From Pseudomonas aeruginosa PAO1 (GTDB taxonomy: Bacteria > Pseudomonadota > Gammaproteobacteria > Pseudomonadales > Pseudomonadaceae): 64,000 nucleotides of DNA. Numbering within the stretch: the first letter of the stretch is position 1; each line of letters begins with the position of its first letter. The stretch is taken from the NCBI RefSeq assembly GCF_000006765.1, contig NC_002516.2. One strand, written 5' to 3'. Below the pieces are notes generated by a model. That model was given only the letters and a program-made list of their open reading frames with translations, was not told the origin of the DNA and ran no database searches. Positions 28,597 through 37,103 of this stretch are shown here, piece after piece. A program made the position numbers and the translations under genes.

Positions 28597-29340
28597 TTAT
28601 TTCATTGACTGTTCGCACTCGCTTTCTAGACGATTGAACTCAGTAGAATACTTATCATATTCATTTTGCATTTTTTCCGGCAAATACTCTCGCTTCAGGT
28701 CTCTGAAGAAGCTGCCCTTCTCTAGTATCTTCTTGCATTGGTGATTTTTGGCAGACAAGGAGAGATGTGCCGTATGAAAAACACGAGAGAGATAACCAAA
28801 ACCTTCAAACATATCCCTACACTCTGTTATCAGTTTTCGAGAAATCCAGTAGGCCTTCTCTGTCTCGTTATTCTTCAGTGCTTTCTTCACTTGCTTGTCG
28901 TTGAATCTTATAGAGGCGGGCTCGCAGATTGGGGAAGGCTTCCAATACGTACCAGTAAAACCTGCTGCCGCCCCGCAGAAGCCCTGACAGTCCCTGCTTG
29001 CGGCTCCTTTCTCTATGGTAATTCTGTCATCATTCAGTTTGAAAACGACATCGCACGACATATCGCCGATGCCACGGACGTCGACCTGCACATGACCTGA
29101 CTCTATAGTTCCATTCAATCCGCAAGCATGTGCATTGTGTCCAGTGCTTCGTATCCGAAACTTTTGAAGTCCTTCGAATAACGGAGATATCGTCAGCAGC
29201 CCACTATTTCCAGTCCTATAGTAATCCCCAGGAGGGAAGTAGCTCTTTGGTTCTTCAGCGACACAAAGAGTGATATTGTAGTAAAGGGTGAGTATGGCAA
29301 AAATGCTAATGCTTTTGAGCTTCATGTTTATGCCCTGCAT
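28597..29340 (-). CDS. Secreted Cys-containing protein, candidate muramidase inhibitor/immunity (PA2224-like)
   Basis: Sec signal (MKLKSISIFAILTLYYNITLCVA; likely start 29325); HACGLNG...SCDVVF...DCQGFCGAAAGFTGTY pattern. Confidence 0.65.
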   Translation of the reverse strand: MQGINMKLKSISIFAILTLYYNITLCVAEEPKSYFPPGDYYRTGNSGLLTISPLFEGLQKFRIRSTGHNAHACGLNGTIESGHVQVDVRGIGDMSCDVVFKLNDDRITIEKGAASRDCQGFCGAAAGFTGTYWKPSPICEPASIRFNDKQVKKALKNNETEKAYWISRKLITECRDMFEGFGYLSRVFHTAHLSLSAKNHQCKKILEKGSFFRDLKREYLPEKMQNEYDKYSTEFNRLESECEQSMK

Positions 29341-29572
29341 GAAAGCAGCTAGGTGGGGCGCTGGGTGATCCCATATAGGATGGTTTTTTGCTGGTCAGAT
29401 CGACTGATCTATAAGTTCCGTCGAGCAGGCTAGTCCGCCCAAAAAACACAAGCAGACTTGTAAGAGTCATTCTGTTTTACCAGCACTTCATGTTCAACAT
29501 CACTAAAGTTTAGACGTCATTGAGCATGAGCTGGAAAAAGTTGCGGCAACGACCCTAGACGCTGAACGCTGC

Positions 29573-29989
29573 TCACCTGAGGCGTTCCACTTCCTTGCGA
29601 AACATCACTCTCTGCTTGAAGCTGAAACCTCCGCCACCATCCAGCAGCGCCGGCGGAGCAACCGGTAGATCGGGCTCGCGGCAGGTGGCTATCACGCGCT
29701 TGGCGAAGACTTCATCGAGCGTACTGCGGCTCTTATCATTCCCCGCGCCGTACTGTACCCGGCAACTGCTTATGCGCCCCGACGAGCTTGCGAAGCGGAA
29801 AAACACCATAACATCGGCCTCGGGGATCTCATCTCCCGGTGCGAACAGCGGGTAACGAAGCCTCTTGGCGAATTCCTGGCGGAATTCCTGGATAAAAATG
29901 GCCTCTTGCTCTGCTCGCTCCTGCAAAGTGACTGAATGGGAGCAGCCGCCGATCAGACTCAGCAATACCAATAGGCAAACTATCCTCAA
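29573..29989 (-). CDS. Lipoprotein with TonB C-terminal-like domain (PA2225-like)
   Basis: TTG start and lipobox IGGC; RLRYP...V.V.F....SGRISSCRV...LDE......PP pattern. Confidence 0.6.
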   Translation of the reverse strand: MRIVCLLVLLSLIGGCSHSVTLQERAEQEAIFIQEFRQEFAKRLRYPLFAPGDEIPEADVMVFFRFASSSGRISSCRVQYGAGNDKSRSTLDEVFAKRVIATCREPDLPVAPPALLDGGGGFSFKQRVMFRKEVERLR

Positions 29990-30032
29990 CGCTCTTCCTC
30001 CTTGAAAAAGAGGCAGTCTTTTATTTTAGTAT

Positions 30033-30533
30033 CTAAAAATGACTCTTGACGTCTAAGCCAAGAACTGCAAGAGCTTCCAGCGCCAGGTTTTGACCTTCTG
30101 CAATACCCGAATTATGTGCAAACTCGACAAGTCGCTCGATTACTCTGACGCCACCCTGATCTGGCTCGACAAATTCCGATATATTATCCATAGCAACAGA
30201 TGCGTCCCACGCAGCCTGACTAAGCAGCTCTTTATACAATGCATCAGCGCTAGATATATTACGAATATTTGCGAGATTAAGCCTGATTCGATCCAAGGCT
30301 TCGTGCGCGATCTGAAGTAGCAAATATGGAAATGGATTCTTTTGAGTTCGACGCTTCCTGCATGAGTCGCTAATTAGTCCAGCAAGCATTGCTGATCCTT
30401 CGGCCTCAATGCGAAGGGAATCATCAGCAATCGAGATTGTCCGCGCCTTCGCAATATAGCCCAAAACGTAAGCATCGAACTGAGTCTCGGCAATCATAGA
30501 CAGAATCTGATTATTACGATTATTGAAATTCAT
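30033..30533 (-). CDS. qsrO: Quorum-sensing repressor QsrO
   Basis: ATG at 30533 with AAGGAG SD gives 166 aa. Lies directly downstream of vqsM as in PAO1; symbol assigned by synteny. Confidence 0.75.
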   Translation of the reverse strand: MNFNNRNNQILSMIAETQFDAYVLGYIAKARTISIADDSLRIEAEGSAMLAGLISDSCRKRRTQKNPFPYLLLQIAHEALDRIRLNLANIRNISSADALYKELLSQAAWDASVAMDNISEFVEPDQGGVRVIERLVEFAHNSGIAEGQNLALEALAVLGLDVKSHF

Positions 30534-30567
30534 AAGATGCTCCTTGCCCAATCTCAAACTAGATAGA

Positions 30568-31545
30568 TCAGTGGAAACTGTTTCTGAATTCTGTAGTAGA
30601 CTGCCCGGTCCAACGTCTGAATGCATGTCTAAAACTCGCTGTTTCCGAGTACCCCAGAATATCGCTAATACGATCAACTGGTATCGATGAATTCAGTAGC
30701 AGTGCAATTGCTCGTTCTTTGCGGGCCTTATCTACAATCTGGCGATAAGTGCAGCCCTCGTCCGCCAAGCGACGTCTTACCGTCCGCTCATTCATGCGTA
30801 AATACTTTGCGGTAGTCACCAAGCTAGGGTATTGATCTGGTATGGAATCAAGGAATAACTCGATTCGCTGACGGAGCCCTCCCATCTCTACTTCCAACAG
30901 AGCATTGAAACTCTCACCTGCCATAGTCAGGGCCGACTGAAATACCGCCGGATTGGCAGTCGCCAGTGTTCTATTCAACTGATGAGCTGGAAAGCTAAAT
31001 ATTATGTCATTTCCTTCATGCTTCACAGGCAAAGAAAAGAAACCTTCATATATTGTTTTATCTGCGCCGTGCACAGGCACTGTCAATGCAGAGATGGGAA
31101 AGTCATTACCTAACAGATCCATAATGAGCTTGTAGGTTGCAGAGGCTATAACATTTACATGAAACTGACGGGATGCGTCATTCCACTCTGGCTTAAAGTT
31201 AACTGAAATATGGATTTCTACTTCGTAATTCTCCCTAGGCTTGACGCCAACATTAGCTATATCACGATTGAACAACTTGACATAGGCCCTGATGACTTTC
31301 AAAATATCACCTACGTTCTCGGCGCATAGCAACGCCAATCCTATCACGCCATAATCAGATATATGGTAATAAGTTCCAAGATTCAGTCCTTCTTTTCCTG
31401 AATACCCCTTGCTGACTATCCAGTTGTAAAGTGCGTCACTTCTTGACTCTTGTTCTGCCGCAAAGGGTGGTATTGCGATATCACGATCACGAAGATAGTT
31501 CTGCAGAGGGCGCCATTCAAAATCAAATATGTGTTCGGTCACCAT
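30568..31545 (-). CDS. vqsM: AraC-family regulator VqsM
   Basis: N-terminal ligand domain plus C-terminal double HTH (MNERTVRRRLADEG, ILGYSETASFRHAFRRWTGQS). 325 aa; alternative GTG start at 31557. Confidence 0.88.
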   Translation of the reverse strand: MVTEHIFDFEWRPLQNYLRDRDIAIPPFAAEQESRSDALYNWIVSKGYSGKEGLNLGTYYHISDYGVIGLALLCAENVGDILKVIRAYVKLFNRDIANVGVKPRENYEVEIHISVNFKPEWNDASRQFHVNVIASATYKLIMDLLGNDFPISALTVPVHGADKTIYEGFFSLPVKHEGNDIIFSFPAHQLNRTLATANPAVFQSALTMAGESFNALLEVEMGGLRQRIELFLDSIPDQYPSLVTTAKYLRMNERTVRRRLADEGCTYRQIVDKARKERAIALLLNSSIPVDRISDILGYSETASFRHAFRRWTGQSTTEFRNSFH

Positions 31546-31553
31546 GTCTATAT

Positions 31554-32765
31554 TCACCTCACCCCTACTGTTCTTGATATAGCCCTGAACGCTGCAAGTG
31601 CCTCATGCTCCATACGGATGCCGTCAACGTTGTAGTCGACATACGCGGAGGTCTTTGCAATCACCACACGCCTAAGTGGATTTACATAAATAAACTGCCC
31701 GTACACTCCGATAGCCAAGAACTCCCCTTCTTTGCCTTCTGGAATCCACCACTGGTAACCATACCCAAGATTTGGCTCACCATCCTCTATGTAACGTCCA
31801 GGACGCAAGTGAGCACTCCGAGGTTTGGTTGATGCCTTGACCCACTCAGCACTTACAATTTGACTTCCAGTCAGGCTGCGACCGCCATGAAGAAATAATA
31901 GACCAATGCGTGCAAAGTCTCTTAGGCAAAGGTTCACCCCACCGAATGCTAGCTCTGTGCCCCGATCGTCTGTTAACCAAGCACCTTCACATTCGGCACC
32001 CAGTTGGGGCCAAAGTCTTTGATTCATAAACTGTGAGGGGCCCATACCAGTCGCGCCCAATAAGACCATACCAAGCACCTGGGTATCTACGCTAACGTAG
32101 TGGTGCACTCTCCCCGGGGCATCTTCTCTTCTCAATGAACTCACTTTTTCATTTACTGATCCGCCAAGCGCTATAGTCCTACCTAGCTGGTTGATATCGG
32201 AGTCCGAATTCCCGTAGTCCTCACTGAAAGCTATTCCTGATGACATCTCAAGCACATCTCTCAAAGAAACACCCGCATATCCGCCAGCAGAAAGCTGTGG
32301 GGCGTACAGGTTCACAGGATCTAGCAGACTGTGTATTGATCCTTCATCAACTGCCATTCCAATCAAGAGGGACATTAGTGATTTGCTTAGCGACCAGCCA
32401 ATAGCAAGGCTTTTCGCACTATTGCCCAGGTAGTATTCCTCAAAGGCAATGCGATCGTCACTGAGAACTATAAGGCCGGTGGTATTGCTGCTCGCCAACC
32501 AGTCTTTAAAGCCAATCTCGTGACCTTGAAAGCTAAATGAGCCAGGCATATCCCTGAGGTTTTTTTCAAAAAAATGAGCCGCTCCGCTCTTCTTTATTGG
32601 GACCGAGTTAAACAGTCTCGGCATTGCTCGAAAATTTTCAGCAATTTTCCCCGAGTCAAACAAAGTGTAAAAATTCCACACTCTCACACCTGCACTACCA
32701 ATGCAGGCGATGCTAAAAAAGATGAGAATCATTGAGAGGAAAATAGCATTTCTCTTATTTATCAT
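31554..32765 (-). CDS. Serine hydrolase, beta-lactamase class C-like/NylB family, exported (PA2228-like)
   Basis: SxxK (WSLSKS), YxS (HYVS), YGYQWW and GVYGQ motifs; N-terminal hydrophobic helix. Confidence 0.88.
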   Translation of the reverse strand: MINKRNAIFLSMILIFFSIACIGSAGVRVWNFYTLFDSGKIAENFRAMPRLFNSVPIKKSGAAHFFEKNLRDMPGSFSFQGHEIGFKDWLASSNTTGLIVLSDDRIAFEEYYLGNSAKSLAIGWSLSKSLMSLLIGMAVDEGSIHSLLDPVNLYAPQLSAGGYAGVSLRDVLEMSSGIAFSEDYGNSDSDINQLGRTIALGGSVNEKVSSLRREDAPGRVHHYVSVDTQVLGMVLLGATGMGPSQFMNQRLWPQLGAECEGAWLTDDRGTELAFGGVNLCLRDFARIGLLFLHGGRSLTGSQIVSAEWVKASTKPRSAHLRPGRYIEDGEPNLGYGYQWWIPEGKEGEFLAIGVYGQFIYVNPLRRVVIAKTSAYVDYNVDGIRMEHEALAAFRAISRTVGVR

Positions 32766-33706
32766 TCTTGTCGATCTCTCAGTTTGTGCTAGCTCGTCTC
32801 GACCCAGCTAACAGCCAGTGACTATCCGGTAGTGGAGCAAGGTTAAGTCCTTAAGGACTTTTCTCTTAAAGGTGAAGATCAAGGCATTTCACCATCTACT
32901 GATATTTAATTTTAACTCGCTTAACACTACTCCGCACGCATGCCATGCACTACTATTATCTGAGTCGCGAAGGTATCCGCCTCCCTTGGACTATGCTTTC
33001 AATTTAGCAACACGAAACACTGCAGCATGATCGATATCGCCCTTGGATGAATCGGCAGACTCATCAATAGGCGCCCGCAATAAACAAGACCCAACATCAC
33101 CGCATATCCCGGAGGATCAGCAACAGGATAGATTCAGTCTTTTTCATTATTTCCATCCGCCGCCTCATGCGTACTACTAGCCCGAAAGCTGATAAAACCA
33201 GCATGAAGCATCTTTTTGCTAGAGTATCTTCGGACAAATGCCGGATATTTTCGGACACCCTCTTCGGCAGGTCCTTAGCGGCACCATGTCTTATCTGCGC
33301 TTTTATTTCATTAAACACCCCATAGAGAGTACTAATGACTTGTCGTCCAGATTGTAACTATCGTAGATGAGTCGACTAGAGGTATTCGCTACAATTTATA
33401 GATTCGAAAATTCATTTCATGCTTGGAGATATCGATTTAACACTTATCTTGTGTTACTTCTGCGCTAGGTTCCGTACGCAAAGTAATGTCGTAAGCACCG
33501 TAGCGTGCAAGCCAGCGTGACCATTACGCCAAGATTCTTGACGAGCTTCAGAATCCCACGGCCAGCTCAGCTAGGTCCTGGGGACTCCCCGCCCACCGAG
33601 GTTATCGACGCATCCGGAGGGTCTGGCGGCTTGACAGCGGGCGAAGGCTTGGCGGACTCTATATTGTATTTAGTCGATACCATCTCGCATCTTAGAGAAC
33701 CCTCCC

Positions 33707-34426
33707 ATGCCCCTGCCTGCCCTACCCCTGGATGCCCTTCTCACCGGCCGCGCCCGGCCCTTCACCCGCCCCGGCTCGCGCAGCGGCATCGCCAAGTCTC
33801 CGCGCGACGGTGCGCTCAGGGTCACCCCCGTCGGCCTGGAAGGCGACGAACAGGGCGACCTGCGCGTCCATGGCGGCGTCGAGAAAGCGATCCACCATTA
33901 CCCACGCGAACACTACGCCGCCTGGATCGCCGAACTGGGCGAACACCCCCTGCTGATGCAGGCGGGCGCCTTCGGCGAGAACTTCAGCACCAGCGGCTGG
34001 AGCGAAGCCGACGTCTGCCTCGGCGACCGCGTGCGGGCCGGGACCGCGCTGCTGGAAGTGTCCCAGGGGCGCATGCCCTGCTGGAAGCTCAACGACCGCT
34101 TCGAGGTCGCCGGGATGTCCCTGAGGGTGCAGGAGTCCGGGCGCACCGGCTGGTACTACCGGGTGCTGGAGGAAGGCGTGGTGGCGGCTGGCGATATCCT
34201 GCAACTGGTCGAACGGTGCCATCCGGACTGGTCGTTGTTGCGCCTGTCCGAGGTGCTGTTCGACAGGCGGGCCGACGCCGAGCTGCTGCGCCAGTGCCTG
34301 CCGCTGCCGCTGACGCCATCCTGGCGGCGCACCCTGGAGCGGCGCCTGGAAAAAGGCCAGGTCGAGGACTGGGGGCCGCGCCTGGAGGGAGCCCCCGGCC
34401 AGGCCGAGACGCCCAGGCCGACCTGA
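33707..34426 (+). CDS. MOSC/3-alpha domain protein (YiiM-like)
   Basis: GDEQGD..HGG..KAI..Y, FGENF, QGRMPCWKL, GWYYRVLEEG motifs. Confidence 0.9.
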   Translation: MPLPALPLDALLTGRARPFTRPGSRSGIAKSPRDGALRVTPVGLEGDEQGDLRVHGGVEKAIHHYPREHYAAWIAELGEHPLLMQAGAFGENFSTSGWSEADVCLGDRVRAGTALLEVSQGRMPCWKLNDRFEVAGMSLRVQESGRTGWYYRVLEEGVVAAGDILQLVERCHPDWSLLRLSEVLFDRRADAELLRQCLPLPLTPSWRRTLERRLEKGQVEDWGPRLEGAPGQAETPRPT

Positions 34427-34543
34427 GGAAGCGCCGACGCCCCCCGCAGGCAGGGAATCGGCCTGGGGATGCATGGAGTGCCGGAAAGCGGGTATAAAGC
34501 GCCAGCGTTAAGCGACCCAGACGTCTGCCAAAGGACCCCTTTC

Positions 34544-35140
34544 ATGCTGCGGCTCTCGATGCCGGCCCTGCTCCTGGCTCTTGCCGGCTGCGCCACCAAG
34601 CCCCCCGCCAATCCCGACAACCTCTGCGAGATCTTCCGCGAAAAACCGAAATGGCACGAGGCGGCGCTGAAGATGCAGCAGCGCTGGGGCGCGCCGGTCC
34701 AGGTGCCGATGGCGATGATGTACCAGGAATCTTCCTTCAAGCATGACGCCCTGCCGCCGCGCTACTACTTCCTCGGTTTCATCCCCTGGGGCCGGGTCAG
34801 CTCCGCCTACGGCTACGCCCAGGCCAAGGACGAGACCTGGGCCGACTACAAGCGCGAGGCCGGCGGCTGGGGCGCCAGCCGCGACGACTTCGCCGACGCC
34901 CTGGACTTCATGGGCTGGTACATCCAGAAGAGCCAGCGGGTCAACGGCGTCTCCAAGTGGGACGCCTACGGCCAGTACCTGAACTACCACGAGGGCTGGG
35001 GCGGCTACCGCAACCGCAGCTACGACGCCAAGCCATGGCTGAAGAACGTCTCGCAGAAGGTCCAGTCCCGCGCCTCGCTGTTCGGCGCCCAGTACCGCAG
35101 TTGCCAGCAGGAGCTGTCGCGCGGCGGCTGGTTCTGGTAG
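34544..35140 (+). CDS. Lipoprotein with SLT-like lytic transglycosylase domain (PA2230-like)
   Basis: Lipobox LAGC; catalytic-type MYQESSF, SSAYGYAQA and YLNYHEG motifs. Confidence 0.8.
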   Translation: MLRLSMPALLLALAGCATKPPANPDNLCEIFREKPKWHEAALKMQQRWGAPVQVPMAMMYQESSFKHDALPPRYYFLGFIPWGRVSSAYGYAQAKDETWADYKREAGGWGASRDDFADALDFMGWYIQKSQRVNGVSKWDAYGQYLNYHEGWGGYRNRSYDAKPWLKNVSQKVQSRASLFGAQYRSCQQELSRGGWFW

Positions 35141-35449
35141 AGCCGTCCGCGCACGCCGCGGGCCCGAACCTCTTCCGCCTTCGACGAGGGCAAACGTCCG
35201 CCAAGCCCCCCAGGTCGGACCGGCACGCTCGAACGGCCAACCTGCGTCATGGAACCGCAGGCGCATCCTGCCCAGCCAGCCCGCAGCGCCAGTGGACAGG
35301 CGGGTCGTCGAACCGGCGGCTGGCCACCTGGCCGAGCGGCCTGCCCTCACCTTTCGCCCCGCTTCGCTTCCCAGGCCAGAGCGCTCGCGGATTGGCGGCG
35401 TCAGATTTCCTCGTCTACTGTTTGGATAAAAGTTTGGCGCCAGAAATAC

Positions 35450-35463
35450 GTCAATAAATTGAC
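35450..35463. promoter_or_regulatory. FleQ box 1 of psl promoter
   Basis: GTCAATAAATTGAC matches the FleQ consensus GTCaNTAAAtTGAC. Confidence 0.8.
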
Positions 35464-35503
35464 TAAAAAAACTTACCCAGACTACGGATATTTCCCTGGG
35501 AAT

Positions 35504-35511
35504 GCTAAGAT
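35504..35511 (+). promoter_or_regulatory. Putative RpoS-type -10 element of psl operon
   Basis: GCTAAGAT (C-TAAGAT) about 155 nt upstream of the pslA ATG, consistent with the known RpoS-dependent long psl leader. Confidence 0.55.
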
Positions 35512-35588
35512 AGCTATCACAAAGCCACTATCGACGAATGAACCTATTCGACGGGAAAATGACTAAACCGCGTGGCAAATGAAAAATA

Positions 35589-35602
35589 GTCACTAAATTG
35601 AC
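35589..35602. promoter_or_regulatory. FleQ box 2 of psl promoter/leader
   Basis: GTCACTAAATTGAC matches the FleQ consensus. Confidence 0.8.
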
Positions 35603-35666
35603 GCTTCACCGCCTTGCTCTTCCCTATCCACTCAATGGACTGCCCGTGATCGGCAGAGCAAACAAC

Positions 35667-37103
35667 ATGCATTCGAAGTCGGTAGATAGCCTGTCGCTGA
35701 CACGGGCTGGATTCATCGAGTACTTCCTGGTCGCGACCAAACTGGTACACGCGCTCACCGCCATCGCCCCGGCGCTGTTCCTGCTGTACTACCCCGGCCT
35801 GGTTCCCGTGGAGCTGCGCAGCAACATGCTCGGGCTGCTGCTGTTCTTCGGCGCGCTCACGGTGATTATGTTCCAGGCACTGGACGTCTACTCCGACGAT
35901 ATCTTCAGCAACCGCCTGCGCTTCCGCATCATGTTCTTCGCCTGGGCCTCGGCGTTCTGCCTGCTGTTGTTCATGTACCAGGGCCTGGGCCTGTTTCCCT
36001 ACCTCAGCAGCAAGCTGGTGATCTTCTGGTTCACCGGCAGCCTGCTGCTGTTCGGCGTGCAGCGCCTGCTGGTGCTGCGCCTGTACCGGGCCTGGATGAA
36101 ACGCGGCATGTACCTGCAACGGACGGTGATCCTCGGCTTCACCGAGAGCGGCATGCACCTGGCCGAATACCTGGTACGCAACCACGACATCCGCTCCGGC
36201 ATCATCGGCTTCATCGACGACCGCTCCGAGCGGGTCCCGGAGAACTACAACTCGCTGCCGCTGCTGGGCAACACCAAGGACCTGGAGAAGCTGATCCGCC
36301 AGGAACAGGTCGACCAGGTGCTGGTCGCCCTGCCCTGGTTCGCCGAGGGGCGCATCGGCGCCATCGTCCACCGCCTGCGGCAATTGCCGGTGAACGTCCT
36401 GCTGGTGCCGGACATGGCTGCCTTCCGGCATGCCCACAACCGCATCGTCGACGTTTCCGGAATCCCCATGTTCAACGCGTCCGAGCTGCCGCTGCGCGGC
36501 TGGTCGCCGCTGATCAAGCGCTGTGAGGACCTGGTCCTGGCGAGCATCGCGCTGGTCCTCTTCGCCCCGCTGATGGCCCTGGTGGCCCTGGCGATCAGGC
36601 TCGACTCCAAGGGGCCGGTGCTGTTCCGGCAGAAACGCTACGGCTACAACAACCGGCTGATCTGGGTCTTCAAGTTCCGCTCGATGTACACGGAAAGGAC
36701 CGACGCCAACGCCGAACGCCAGACCACCCGCGACGACGACCGCATCACCCGGGTCGGCCGCTTCATCCGCAAGACCAGCATCGACGAGCTGCCGCAGCTG
36801 TTCAACGTGCTCGCCGGCAGCATGTCGATGGTCGGCCCGCGCCCCCACGCCACCGCGACCAAGGCCGCCGGCATTCCCTTCGAGGAGGCGGTCAGCGAAT
36901 ACAGCTCGCGCCACCGGGTCAAGCCCGGCATCACCGGCTGGGCGCAGATCAACGGCTACCGCGGTGAGACCGACACCCTGCACAAGATCAAGAAACGCGT
37001 GGAATACGACCTCGAATACATCGCCAAGTGGTCGGTGTGGTTCGACCTCTACATCCTGTTCCGTACGGTGCCAGCCGTACTCCTGACCAAGGAAGTCTAC
37101 TGA
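35667..37103 (+). CDS. pslA: Polyprenyl-phosphate glucose phosphotransferase PslA
   Basis: KFRSM, SIDELPQLFNVL.GSMSMVGPRP, KPGITGWAQING motifs; 478 aa. Confidence 0.95.
   Translation: MHSKSVDSLSLTRAGFIEYFLVATKLVHALTAIAPALFLLYYPGLVPVELRSNMLGLLLFFGALTVIMFQALDVYSDDIFSNRLRFRIMFFAWASAFCLLLFMYQGLGLFPYLSSKLVIFWFTGSLLLFGVQRLLVLRLYRAWMKRGMYLQRTVILGFTESGMHLAEYLVRNHDIRSGIIGFIDDRSERVPENYNSLPLLGNTKDLEKLIRQEQVDQVLVALPWFAEGRIGAIVHRLRQLPVNVLLVPDMAAFRHAHNRIVDVSGIPMFNASELPLRGWSPLIKRCEDLVLASIALVLFAPLMALVALAIRLDSKGPVLFRQKRYGYNNRLIWVFKFRSMYTERTDANAERQTTRDDDRITRVGRFIRKTSIDELPQLFNVLAGSMSMVGPRPHATATKAAGIPFEEAVSEYSSRHRVKPGITGWAQINGYRGETDTLHKIKKRVEYDLEYIAKWSVWFDLYILFRTVPAVLLTKEVY

Larger units (their letters stand above)
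26600..33700. mobile_element. AT-rich genomic islet (PA2222-PA2228-like)
   Basis: Abrupt visible drop in GC and many A/T-ending codons relative to flanks. Boundaries approximate; adjacent to dif and IS relic. Confidence 0.8.

Noticed and set aside
32902-32916. ATATTTAATTTTAAC, a near-copy of ATATTTAATTTAAC at 25061-25074 overlapping the XerD arm; possible island-bounding direct repeat
   Set aside because: It needs a 1-nt indel, lies in very AT-rich DNA, lacks the CATAA core and XerC arm, and is inside rather than at the edge of the islet. Chance is plausible.
33097-33318. 73-aa minus-strand ORF in the AT-rich gap
   Set aside because: No recognisable domain or convincing SD.
33435-33462. ATTTAACAC, a XerD-arm-like start near the islet's right edge (second dif, IMEX-style integration)
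   Set aside because: Only 8 of 11 XerD positions match and there is no recognisable spacer or XerC arm, so there is no support for a duplicated dif.
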